Shown one piece after another: positions 46,929-54,720 of a stretch of 64,000 nucleotides of DNA. Below the pieces are notes generated by a model that was not told where the DNA came from, made no database searches, and saw only the letters and a list, made by a program, of their open reading frames with translations. The DNA is from an uncultured Pseudomonadales bacterium (GTDB lineage: Bacteria > Pseudomonadota > Gammaproteobacteria > Pseudomonadales > UBA7434). The position numbers and the translations under genes were made by a program. Numbering within the stretch: the first letter of the stretch is position 1; every line of letters starts with the position of its first letter. The stretch spans positions 5,082-69,081 of the forward strand of contig CAZDEW010000005.1 in NCBI GenBank assembly GCA_964504585.1, given 5' to 3'.

Positions 46929-47168
46929 GGCGGTGTTATAACGTTATTTTGTGTAAAGCTATGAAAAAGGGGATTCCACCGGCTATGCGCCGGCCCGAAG
47001 GTGGGTATCATACTTTTTTTGCACACGTAATCAACAATTTAGCAACGGGCAGATGCAGGTCTGCTCGGTTGAGTCGCGCAACAGCTGCTAGACTTAGTTG
47101 TTCACCGGGGAGCTCTGATCGCTGGTCTCCGGGGCTGAATAGAAAATCAAGAAAGGTAAAGAAATCAA

Positions 47169-48188
47169 ATGACAGATAATTTCACTCCCGAGTCCATCCT
47201 GGTGACCGGTGGTACTGGTTCTTTTGGCAAGGCATTCGTACAAACCGTGCTCGACTCGATGCCCTCCGTCAAACGGCTCGTTGTATTTTCGCGTGACGAA
47301 CTTAAACAGTTTGAGATGTCCCAGCAGTTCCCGCGCAGTAAGTACCCGCAAATGCGCTACTTTATTGGTGATGTTCGGGATGGTGCCCGGCTGACACGAG
47401 CCTGTGAGGGAATCGACACCATCATCCACGCGGCTGCGCTTAAACAAGTGCCGGCGGCCGAAGATAATCCGATGGAGTGTATTCTCACGAATGTCCATGG
47501 TGCCCAGAACGTCATCGATGCGGCCATGAATAGCGGTGTGAAGCGGGTGGTTGCCTTGTCTACCGATAAAGCCGCCGCGCCTATCAACCTTTATGGCGCA
47601 ACAAAGCTTTGCTCGGATAAGCTCTTCGTCGCAGCCAATAACATCAAGGGCGCCCGCGATTTGCGCTTTTCAGTTGTCAGATATGGCAACGTTATGGGGT
47701 CACGGGGCTCTGTCATCCCGTTTTTCCTGAATCAGCGCGCGTCTGGTACGCTGCCCATAACCGATGCAGGCATGACGCGATTCAATATTTCGCTCAAGGA
47801 AGGCGTCGATATGGTTTTACACGCACTGGAATCGGCGCTCGGTGGCGAGATCTTCGTGCCCAAAATCCCATCCTACAAAATTCTCGACGTCGCCGAGGCG
47901 GTTGGGCCCGAGTGTAAAACAGAGCTCGTTGGGATCAGACCGGGTGAAAAATTGCACGAGGAAATGATCACTGCTTCCGATTCGTTTATGACAGTCGATG
48001 TCGGCAAATATTACGTGATACTTCCGCAGACCCATCGCTTTAGCGCCCAGGATTACTGCGAGGACGTTGGTGCGAAAATGGTTGAGGAGGGTTTTACCTA
48101 TAACTCAGGCACCAATACTGAGTGGCTATCAGTAGAAGAGCTTAGAACGCTAATAAAACAGCATGTCGATCCAAACTTCGCCGCCTAG
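47169..48188 (+). CDS. pseB: UDP-N-acetylglucosamine 4,6-dehydratase (PseB/FlaA1 type)
   Basis: 339-aa ORF with ILVTGGTGSFGKAFV, IIHAAALKQVPAAEDNPMECILTNVHGAQNV, LSTDKAAAPINLYGATKLCSDKLFVAAN and RYGNVMGSRGSVIPFF, a strong match to PseB-type inverting dehydratases. Confidence 0.88.
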   Translation: MTDNFTPESILVTGGTGSFGKAFVQTVLDSMPSVKRLVVFSRDELKQFEMSQQFPRSKYPQMRYFIGDVRDGARLTRACEGIDTIIHAAALKQVPAAEDNPMECILTNVHGAQNVIDAAMNSGVKRVVALSTDKAAAPINLYGATKLCSDKLFVAANNIKGARDLRFSVVRYGNVMGSRGSVIPFFLNQRASGTLPITDAGMTRFNISLKEGVDMVLHALESALGGEIFVPKIPSYKILDVAEAVGPECKTELVGIRPGEKLHEEMITASDSFMTVDVGKYYVILPQTHRFSAQDYCEDVGAKMVEEGFTYNSGTNTEWLSVEELRTLIKQHVDPNFAA

Positions 48189-49047
48189 CGAGCGCAGTGT
48201 TTTTATCGCCGGTGGGCGTTCCTGGATTGGCTATCACCTGACAAACTGCCTTCAGGCGCTTCACTGGCAGGTATCAGCAAGCAGTAGTCAGCCCAGTGCG
48301 GCGGGTTTTTCCAAGCTTGCCACTGTACAAGACGTTGATGCGCTACTATCTCGCGCCAGCCCTGCCGTTATTGTCAATCTGTTGATTGGAATTGACGAGG
48401 AGCACTGGAAGATACACCAGGCTTTTTTGCGCTGGGCACAGGAGAATAAGGCGCACTATATATACGCTTCTTCTGCATTGGCGCTGGATGCTTACCGTGG
48501 TGAGCCTCTGCACGAAGAGATGCCGGCAAACGCTGTTTCGGAGTACGGCAGGTTCAAAGCGCGCTGCGAAGGCTCCCTGCACGAGGCGAGATCGCTGGAC
48601 GCATCGATTTTGCGATTTGCTTCAATTCACGGCTGGAGCCCTTACAAGGACACGCGCACCGAGGTTTTGCTGCGCAAAGTGGCTGCGGGTGAAACAATCG
48701 AGGTTAGTCCGGGTGTCATACAGAATCGCTTGACCGACACGATTTTGTGTTCGGCCATTGCGAATATCGTGGATCGACGCGAGCTGGGTACATTCCATTT
48801 GGGCCCGGTAGACAGCAGCGAAGAAATCGAATTTCTCCGCTCTCTGGCGACTGCTTTCGGGCATAGTGATAGTGGTATAACCGCGGGAGAGCAGCGTGAC
48901 GTCAATCTGGTCGTTATACCCGGCGCTGCTGCCGCTCGAATTGATCTTGAAACAATAACTGAAAAGCAATGCCTTGCTCGTCTGTGTGAGCGCAGCGAAC
49001 TATCGCAACATAAACATACAACTGCAACATCATTGGAAAACTCATGA
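48163..49047 (+). CDS. Extended-SDR sugar-nucleotide reductase (RmlD-substrate-binding-like)
   Basis: 294-aa ORF overlapping the pseB-like stop by 26 nt and the next start by 4 nt. It has a Rossmann-like VFIAGGRSWIGYHL, Ser in YASSALAL, and the catalytic YGRFK (YxxxK). It is not an aminotransferase fold. Confidence 0.7.
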   Translation: MSIQTSPPSERSVFIAGGRSWIGYHLTNCLQALHWQVSASSSQPSAAGFSKLATVQDVDALLSRASPAVIVNLLIGIDEEHWKIHQAFLRWAQENKAHYIYASSALALDAYRGEPLHEEMPANAVSEYGRFKARCEGSLHEARSLDASILRFASIHGWSPYKDTRTEVLLRKVAAGETIEVSPGVIQNRLTDTILCSAIANIVDRRELGTFHLGPVDSSEEIEFLRSLATAFGHSDSGITAGEQRDVNLVVIPGAAAARIDLETITEKQCLARLCERSELSQHKHTTATSLENS

Positions 49048-50219
49048 CTATCGAAATTGCCGGAAAGAAAGTAGGACCCAGCGAGCCCTGTTACTTCATT
49101 GCTGATATCGCTGCTAACCACTGTGGTGAACTCAGCATTGCCAAGGATCTGATCCATGCATGCGCCGAATCCGGCGTCGATGCCGTCAAGATGCAGAATT
49201 TCACGGCGGCGACAATCGTTTCCGACTACGGCTTTAAGAACTTGTCCGGTGTAGAAACGCACCAGTCTAAATGGAAGCAGTCGGTTTTCGACTCCTATGA
49301 CGCCGCCTCGATTCCGCTGAGCTGGACCGAGGAACTCAAGTCGCTTTGCGATAAGCTGGGGCTGGCATACTTTACTTCGCCCTATTCGCTTGAGCTCGTA
49401 CATGCGGTAGCACCGTCAGTGAGTGCCTTCAAATTAGGCTCAGGAGATATTACCTGGTTAGAAGAAATCAAGGCGATGGGAAGCTATGACTTGCCACTTC
49501 TTATCGCTACTGGCGCGTCTACGATGGCGGAAGTGGAGTCGGCCATGGATGCAGCGCTTTCGGTTTCCAATCAAACTCTCCTGATGCAGTGCAATACCGA
49601 GTACACCGCAAGTATCGAGGATACCCAGGAGCAGCGTTACAAGCGTTTTGAGCACATCAATTTGCAGGTGCTTGCGACATACGCCAAGCGATGGCCCGGT
49701 ATTCCGCTCGGGCTTTCCGATCATACTCACGGCTCGATGACCGTGCTTGGTGCAGTCGGGCTTTTCGATTGCTGTGCCGTTGAGAAACACTTTACCTTCG
49801 ATAATTCGAAAGAGGGACAGGATCATTCCTTTTCGATGACACCGGCGACCTGGCTGGAAATGAAGAATGCGACAGAAGCGCTACGCAGTGAGTTGGCATC
49901 TGAAAAGCCAGAGACTTTTGAGGAGCGCCTGGATATTGTTAAGCGTTTTGTCGACGATCCAACCGCACTGGAGCTAGCGATTGGTGATGGCGTTAAAAAA
50001 CTTGAAGCGAACGAGGTTAATACAGTTGTTGTGCAACGGCGTGCGGTACGCGCTACCCGATCGATCAAAGCGGGTGAAGTCCTCAGCAAGGAAGATCTGT
50101 TTCCTCTGCGCCCCTGTCCAAGAGATGCAGTGACCCCGGCGAATATTGATGAGCTGGTGGGTAAGACACTGCAGCGTGATATTACCGAAGGCGAGCACTT
50201 CGTGCAGGATGATCTCTAG
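49044..50219 (+). CDS. Nonulosonic acid synthase (NeuB/PseI/SpsE family) with C-terminal SAF domain
   Basis: 391-aa ORF with EPCYFIADIAANHCGELSIAKDLIHACAESGVDAVKMQNF, FKLGSGDITWLEEI and GLSDHTHG. The C-terminal SAF-like segment is AVRATRSIKAGEVLSKEDLFPLRP. Confidence 0.88.
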   Translation: MTIEIAGKKVGPSEPCYFIADIAANHCGELSIAKDLIHACAESGVDAVKMQNFTAATIVSDYGFKNLSGVETHQSKWKQSVFDSYDAASIPLSWTEELKSLCDKLGLAYFTSPYSLELVHAVAPSVSAFKLGSGDITWLEEIKAMGSYDLPLLIATGASTMAEVESAMDAALSVSNQTLLMQCNTEYTASIEDTQEQRYKRFEHINLQVLATYAKRWPGIPLGLSDHTHGSMTVLGAVGLFDCCAVEKHFTFDNSKEGQDHSFSMTPATWLEMKNATEALRSELASEKPETFEERLDIVKRFVDDPTALELAIGDGVKKLEANEVNTVVVQRRAVRATRSIKAGEVLSKEDLFPLRPCPRDAVTPANIDELVGKTLQRDITEGEHFVQDDL

Positions 50220-50270
50220 TGTCGTTCTGAATAAAAACAGTCTTACTAATCGCGCCGGTGTCACAAAACC

Positions 50271-50747
50271 ATGTCTAACGACTTATTTGAAAATCCCTAC
50301 ACGGACCAGACCCGAAGGGAGTTTTGGGAGATCTGCGTGAAGCGCGATCTCGAGGCATTTCTCGCGCAGGACTGGTCGATGACTGCCTGCGACTTTTGTA
50401 CGGACGATTTTTTTGGTCTTGATGCGCAGAACCAGACGAGCCCTGCGCAGTGGCGACCCAAATACGCGACGCTCGAGGCTTATCGTCAGGACTTTGATCT
50501 ACAGGCCGCGGAGTTTGCGACTAAGGAGTTTGCAGACGACCCCCGAGAGGCTATGTATCGGGCATTGACGATCACAGACCCTCAGATCGAGGGTGAGCGC
50601 GCTCTGGTAACCAAGATATTCAAAGGCCAGCTTAAAGAGAAGAACGGCGACATCACGCTGCTTGACTGGCAAAGCGTATTTCAGTTCAAAAGGAAGGGCG
50701 GGCGCTGGTTAATCACGGGGTTCGTCGGCTACATGCCCAACGATTAA
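50271..50747 (+). CDS. Hypothetical protein, possibly NTF2/SnoaL-like fold
   Basis: 158-aa ORF inside the nonulosonic-acid operon with good coding character. I recognise no catalytic motif. The size and the terminal beta-rich segment (GGRWLITGFVGYMP) suggest an NTF2-like fold, but this is a weak guess. Confidence 0.6.
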   Translation: MSNDLFENPYTDQTRREFWEICVKRDLEAFLAQDWSMTACDFCTDDFFGLDAQNQTSPAQWRPKYATLEAYRQDFDLQAAEFATKEFADDPREAMYRALTITDPQIEGERALVTKIFKGQLKEKNGDITLLDWQSVFQFKRKGGRWLITGFVGYMPND

Positions 50748-50763
50748 ACGAGAGCTGTTCCCG

Positions 50764-51804
50764 GTGACTCCTACAGTAGCGATCAGAGCCGATGGCAGTC
50801 AAGGCATTGGTATGGGTCACATCATGCGCTGTATTGGGCTGGCGCAGGAGTTTCGTGCCAGAGCGTATCAGGTGGTTTTTATTTCAGCTGTGCGTTCCGC
50901 ACAGATCGAAGCGTTGGTTACAAGCTTTGGCATGGACTACGTCGCATCTGATCTTGAAATCGGCAGTGCCGACGATCTAGCCTTTACGCTTGCCACCTGT
51001 CGCGATCGAGAAGCGTGTTTTCTAGTTGTCGACGGCTATAGGTTTGGTGCTGACTGGTTGTCTGGTTTACGGAGCGAGGGGCTCAGTGCCATGCTCTGGA
51101 CAGACTATTGTCAGGCGCAGCGCTTGCCAGTTGACCTGATTCTCGATCAGACCCCGGCAGACAACTTTGTACTGTACGAGGCCGCTTCAGCTGCGAACAC
51201 CTTGATTCTGAATGGCCTTGAATACGCGGTGCTGCGCGATGAGTTTTTGCGACACCCCGGCATCAGGCGGCTGCGCGAGAGTGTGGAGCGAGTGCTCGTC
51301 ACCTTTGGCGGGGCAGATCCTATCGGAGCTACGGTCAAAGTCACTGAAATACTGCTGCAGACTGCCTGCGACGTTCACTTTGATATCGTGGTGGGGCCTG
51401 CAAATACACGAGTCGACGAAGTCAGAGTGCTTGTCGAAAACAAGCCAAACTTTAGCTTGCATGTTGCCACCAAGGAGATGGCGCGACTGGTGTCCGAAGC
51501 AGATCTTGCGATATCAGCTGCCGGAACAAGCCTTTGGGAGTTTGCTTATTCGGGATTACCGACGATCGCCACCGTGATTGCGGATAACCAGATTCTGCTG
51601 GCTGATTCTTTAGAGCGGCTGCAGTGCAGTGTTAACCTGGGGCGGATTGAGGCTGTGCGGGCTGAAACACTGGAAGCGGAGCTCGCTCGTTTGCTTGCGG
51701 AAACTGATCGCTTGCGCACTTTTAGCCAGCGGATGATGCGTCTTGTCGATGGTGAGGGTCGGGCACGAGTGGTTGATAGCGTCGAGGCGATGCTTCGCGA
51801 ATAG
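50764..51804 (+). CDS. pseG: PseG/SpsG-type UDP-sugar hydrolase
   Basis: 346-aa ORF with a GTG start. VAIRADGSQGIGMGHIMRCIGLAQEF is the characteristic PseG N-terminus. The protein looks like a GT-B fold of the GT28 type, with C-terminal LAISAAGTSLWEFAYSGLP. Confidence 0.8.
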   Translation: MTPTVAIRADGSQGIGMGHIMRCIGLAQEFRARAYQVVFISAVRSAQIEALVTSFGMDYVASDLEIGSADDLAFTLATCRDREACFLVVDGYRFGADWLSGLRSEGLSAMLWTDYCQAQRLPVDLILDQTPADNFVLYEAASAANTLILNGLEYAVLRDEFLRHPGIRRLRESVERVLVTFGGADPIGATVKVTEILLQTACDVHFDIVVGPANTRVDEVRVLVENKPNFSLHVATKEMARLVSEADLAISAAGTSLWEFAYSGLPTIATVIADNQILLADSLERLQCSVNLGRIEAVRAETLEAELARLLAETDRLRTFSQRMMRLVDGEGRARVVDSVEAMLRE

Positions 51805-51859
51805 TCAGGTACTTTAAGGCGATATCCGGCGGTGTGCGGTTGCAGTTTAGGGGCATGGT

Positions 51860-52966
51860 GTGCAGAAAAAAATATTATATCTATCCAAAAACGACGGCAC
51901 CGATATCAGGATAGGGAAGGAGTGCAAGAGTCTTGTTGCGGCGGGGCATCAGGTGCTTTTTGTAGGCTGGGATCGTGGCGGTGCTGGTTTTGCAGAGGAT
52001 GTTGAACCGCTGCCGGGTGTTGAAAAGCGAATTCTCAGACAGGAGGGCGGCTACGAAAGCGCGCGAGTTCTCCTGGTTTTTTGGCGCTATCTTCTGTTTG
52101 CCTGGCGCCAGGTGCGTCAGTTTCGCCCCGACTACATTCAAGCAGTTAATGAAGACGGGGTGATTGTAGCGCTTCTTTGCAAGCTCGGGCTTAAGACACG
52201 CGTAGTCGCTGATATTTTTGACAGCATGGCGTTTCGCTATGCGGATAAAAACTTTCTGCTTCGATCGGCGGTACGATTTTTTTCCAAACTGGCGTGGCGC
52301 AGCGCCTATCGAATTATCGTGACGGATGACGAGCGAGCCAGCAAGTTTGAAAGCTACCGCGACAAGCTGATCGTTTTACCGAATTATCCCTCGGCGCCCG
52401 GGTTTTCGCCGCTAGAGATTAAGCAGCGCATTAATCGTAGCGATCAGCTACAAGTCTATTTTGGTGGCACGCTTAACTCGGCGCGAGGGCTGCATTTGCT
52501 GGAAGCTCTGGTGAAATCGCCATTAAAGGTCAAGGTGATCTGCGCGGGGTGGGTCTACGACGAGGTTGCGCAGCGTTTCGTGGATCTCGAGGATGTTGAA
52601 TTTCGCGGAGTTTTGAGTGCGGAAGAGTCGCTAAGGGTGGCGGCCGAAAGCGATGCAATCTTTGCATTCTACGAGCCGAGTAATCTCAATAATATAATGG
52701 CGAGTCCAAACAAGGTATATGATGCGCTGATTGTGGGCACACCATTGCTTATGAACTCTGAGGCCCAGATTTCCAAGTGGGTCGTCGAGCGACAGCTTGG
52801 TTTTAGCTCGCCCTATGCGGATGTGGACGGTATCTTGAGCATGGCAGAGTCGCTTCTACTCTGGAATCAACAGCGTTCCAGTCATGCACAACGTTTGCTT
52901 AGTTTGTCGGCCGAAGGATACAGTTGGCCGGCTGTGGAAAACAGGCTTACCGATATCTTTCGCTAA
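51860..52966 (+). CDS. Glycosyltransferase (GT-B fold, GT4-like)
   Basis: 368-aa ORF with a GTG start. It has an N-terminal Rossmann-like domain (KILYLSKNDGTDIRIGKECKSLVAAGHQVLFVGW) and a C-terminal domain with VYFGGTLNSARGL and NKVYDALIVGTPLLMN. The assignment is moderate. Confidence 0.62.
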   Translation: MQKKILYLSKNDGTDIRIGKECKSLVAAGHQVLFVGWDRGGAGFAEDVEPLPGVEKRILRQEGGYESARVLLVFWRYLLFAWRQVRQFRPDYIQAVNEDGVIVALLCKLGLKTRVVADIFDSMAFRYADKNFLLRSAVRFFSKLAWRSAYRIIVTDDERASKFESYRDKLIVLPNYPSAPGFSPLEIKQRINRSDQLQVYFGGTLNSARGLHLLEALVKSPLKVKVICAGWVYDEVAQRFVDLEDVEFRGVLSAEESLRVAAESDAIFAFYEPSNLNNIMASPNKVYDALIVGTPLLMNSEAQISKWVVERQLGFSSPYADVDGILSMAESLLLWNQQRSSHAQRLLSLSAEGYSWPAVENRLTDIFR

Positions 52967-53069
52967 TGGTGCATTTTCGAACAGCTCGGCCGATTTTCTC
53001 TGCGGGCTCTTGTAGTAATGGAAGTGTTTACAGAAACGACTGTTTAGTAAAACTGGGTTCAAGAAGAAT

Positions 53070-53591
53070 ATGAGCAGAAATAAACGCGATCTCTGGAACG
53101 TTCTGGTGGGCCGCCTGCCGTCCCGGCGTATTAGAAAATACTTCGCCCGCAAAACCTTTGCGGAATTTGCGGAAGGCGCGTTTATTGGTCTGCGTGTGAA
53201 CGTTTATGACCCTGCCAATATTTCGATTGGTTCGCGTTCGGTGGTCAATGCGGAATGTGTGCTTGATGGTCGTGGCAGCCCGCTTGTGATCGGCCACGAT
53301 GTCGATATTGGGACGCAATCGCATATCTGGACGCTCGAGCATGATTTTAATGACGATGATCACGCAGTCGAATCGGGCGCAGTCAGCATTGAGAATCACG
53401 CATGGGTCGCCTCAAGAGTTACGATCCTTCCTGGCGTGACAATCGGGCGTGGTGCCGTGGTCGCCGCAGGATCAGTGGTGACTCGCGATGTGCCACCCAT
53501 GGCAATTGTCGCGGGTACGCCGGCGAGACAAATCGCGGTGCGGGAAAATAAGCTGCAGTATCAATTAAACTTTAACCCCCGGTTTAGATAG
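53070..53591 (+). CDS. Hexapeptide-repeat (LbH) acetyltransferase, WcaF/LacA-like O-acetyltransferase
   Basis: 173-aa ORF with repeated [LIV]-G-x4 turns ([78 protein letters not shown]). Confidence 0.85.
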   Translation: MSRNKRDLWNVLVGRLPSRRIRKYFARKTFAEFAEGAFIGLRVNVYDPANISIGSRSVVNAECVLDGRGSPLVIGHDVDIGTQSHIWTLEHDFNDDDHAVESGAVSIENHAWVASRVTILPGVTIGRGAVVAAGSVVTRDVPPMAIVAGTPARQIAVRENKLQYQLNFNPRFR

Positions 53592-53600
53592 CGTTACGCG

Positions 53601-54656
53601 ATGAACGTTGGCTACTTTCCGTTTTCCCCGGGCGGCAACCCTTACCAGAACCTGTTCGCAGGTGCGCTTGAGTCTGCCGGTTTAACCGTAACCCGAATAC
53701 CACCCAAAAAGTGGTTTCCAATTCGTTCAGCGGTTAGCGTTGGCACTGATCTGCTGCAGTTCGATTGGCCGCACGACTGGTATAACGGCAGAAACGGGGT
53801 TAGTAGAACGATCAAGTCTTTGATGTATAGAGATGGTTTGCGCCTCTTGAAGGATCGACCTCTGGTGTGGACAGCGCACAACCTCTATACCCATGGCGCT
53901 GAGGATCTCGACTATGATAAGCGCATGATGCAGCGGCTCATCGATCGATGCGATGGAATCATAGTGCTATCCGAAAGCGCTGAGAAACAGATGCGAGAAA
54001 CCTACCGTCTCTCGGCGGGAACAGAGGTTTCCGTCATTCGTCATGGGCATTACATGGATGTCTATCCCAGTGGCGTCACGCGTGCACAGGCCAGAGAGCA
54101 GTTGGCTATCAGCGCCGATGAGAGAGTGGCTTTGTTTGTGGGTCGAATCTTGCCTTACAAGGGCCTTGAGACATTGATTGATGCTTTCAGTGAAGCCGGG
54201 GTTTCAGGTTCAACGCTAATGATTGCGGGTTCTTGCGCCGATGAATCCTATCGCAAGGTGCTCACCGATTTGGCAGCGTCACGCTCCAGTGAAAACGTAA
54301 GCATTCAGATCGATGCCCGGTTTATCCCGGATGATCAGTTACAAACTTATTATGCGGCGTCAGATGTTGTCGCGCTGCCATTCAAAAATATTCTGAATTC
54401 CGGGTCCTTGCTGCTTGCCATGAGTTTTGGTAAGTGCGTGGTTGCGCCAGATCGCGGATCCATTAGGGAGGTCGCGTTTCCTGATGGGTGGTTTCCTTAC
54501 ACGCAGGATGCTGAGCTCGGCGCCGCTTTGAGGCAAGCGCTTTTGTCTGATGATCTCGTTGAGCGGGAGGCCAGGGTGGTCGATTTCACGAGTACCAATT
54601 ACAGTTGGCAGAAGATAGGTCAACAGGCAAACGCGCTTTACGATTCAATATCCTAG
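53601..54656 (+). CDS. Glycosyltransferase family 4-like
   Basis: 351-aa ORF with VALFVGRILPYKGLETLIDAF and the C-terminal donor-binding segment ASDVVALPFKNILNSGSLLLAMSFGKCVVAPDRGSIREV. Confidence 0.75.
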   Translation: MNVGYFPFSPGGNPYQNLFAGALESAGLTVTRIPPKKWFPIRSAVSVGTDLLQFDWPHDWYNGRNGVSRTIKSLMYRDGLRLLKDRPLVWTAHNLYTHGAEDLDYDKRMMQRLIDRCDGIIVLSESAEKQMRETYRLSAGTEVSVIRHGHYMDVYPSGVTRAQAREQLAISADERVALFVGRILPYKGLETLIDAFSEAGVSGSTLMIAGSCADESYRKVLTDLAASRSSENVSIQIDARFIPDDQLQTYYAASDVVALPFKNILNSGSLLLAMSFGKCVVAPDRGSIREVAFPDGWFPYTQDAELGAALRQALLSDDLVEREARVVDFTSTNYSWQKIGQQANALYDSIS

Positions 54657-54720
54657 TTTGTTATCTACTAGCCCGTATACTGCCGTTATCTGCACTGTAG
54701 AGAAATTCGTTCACACTGCT

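Noticed and set aside
48642-49403. A 253-aa minus-strand ORF spanning the junction of the reductase and the NulO synthase.
   Set aside because: It is antisense to two motif-supported, translationally coupled genes. It is Arg/Ser-rich with no recognisable domain. It is a shadow ORF.
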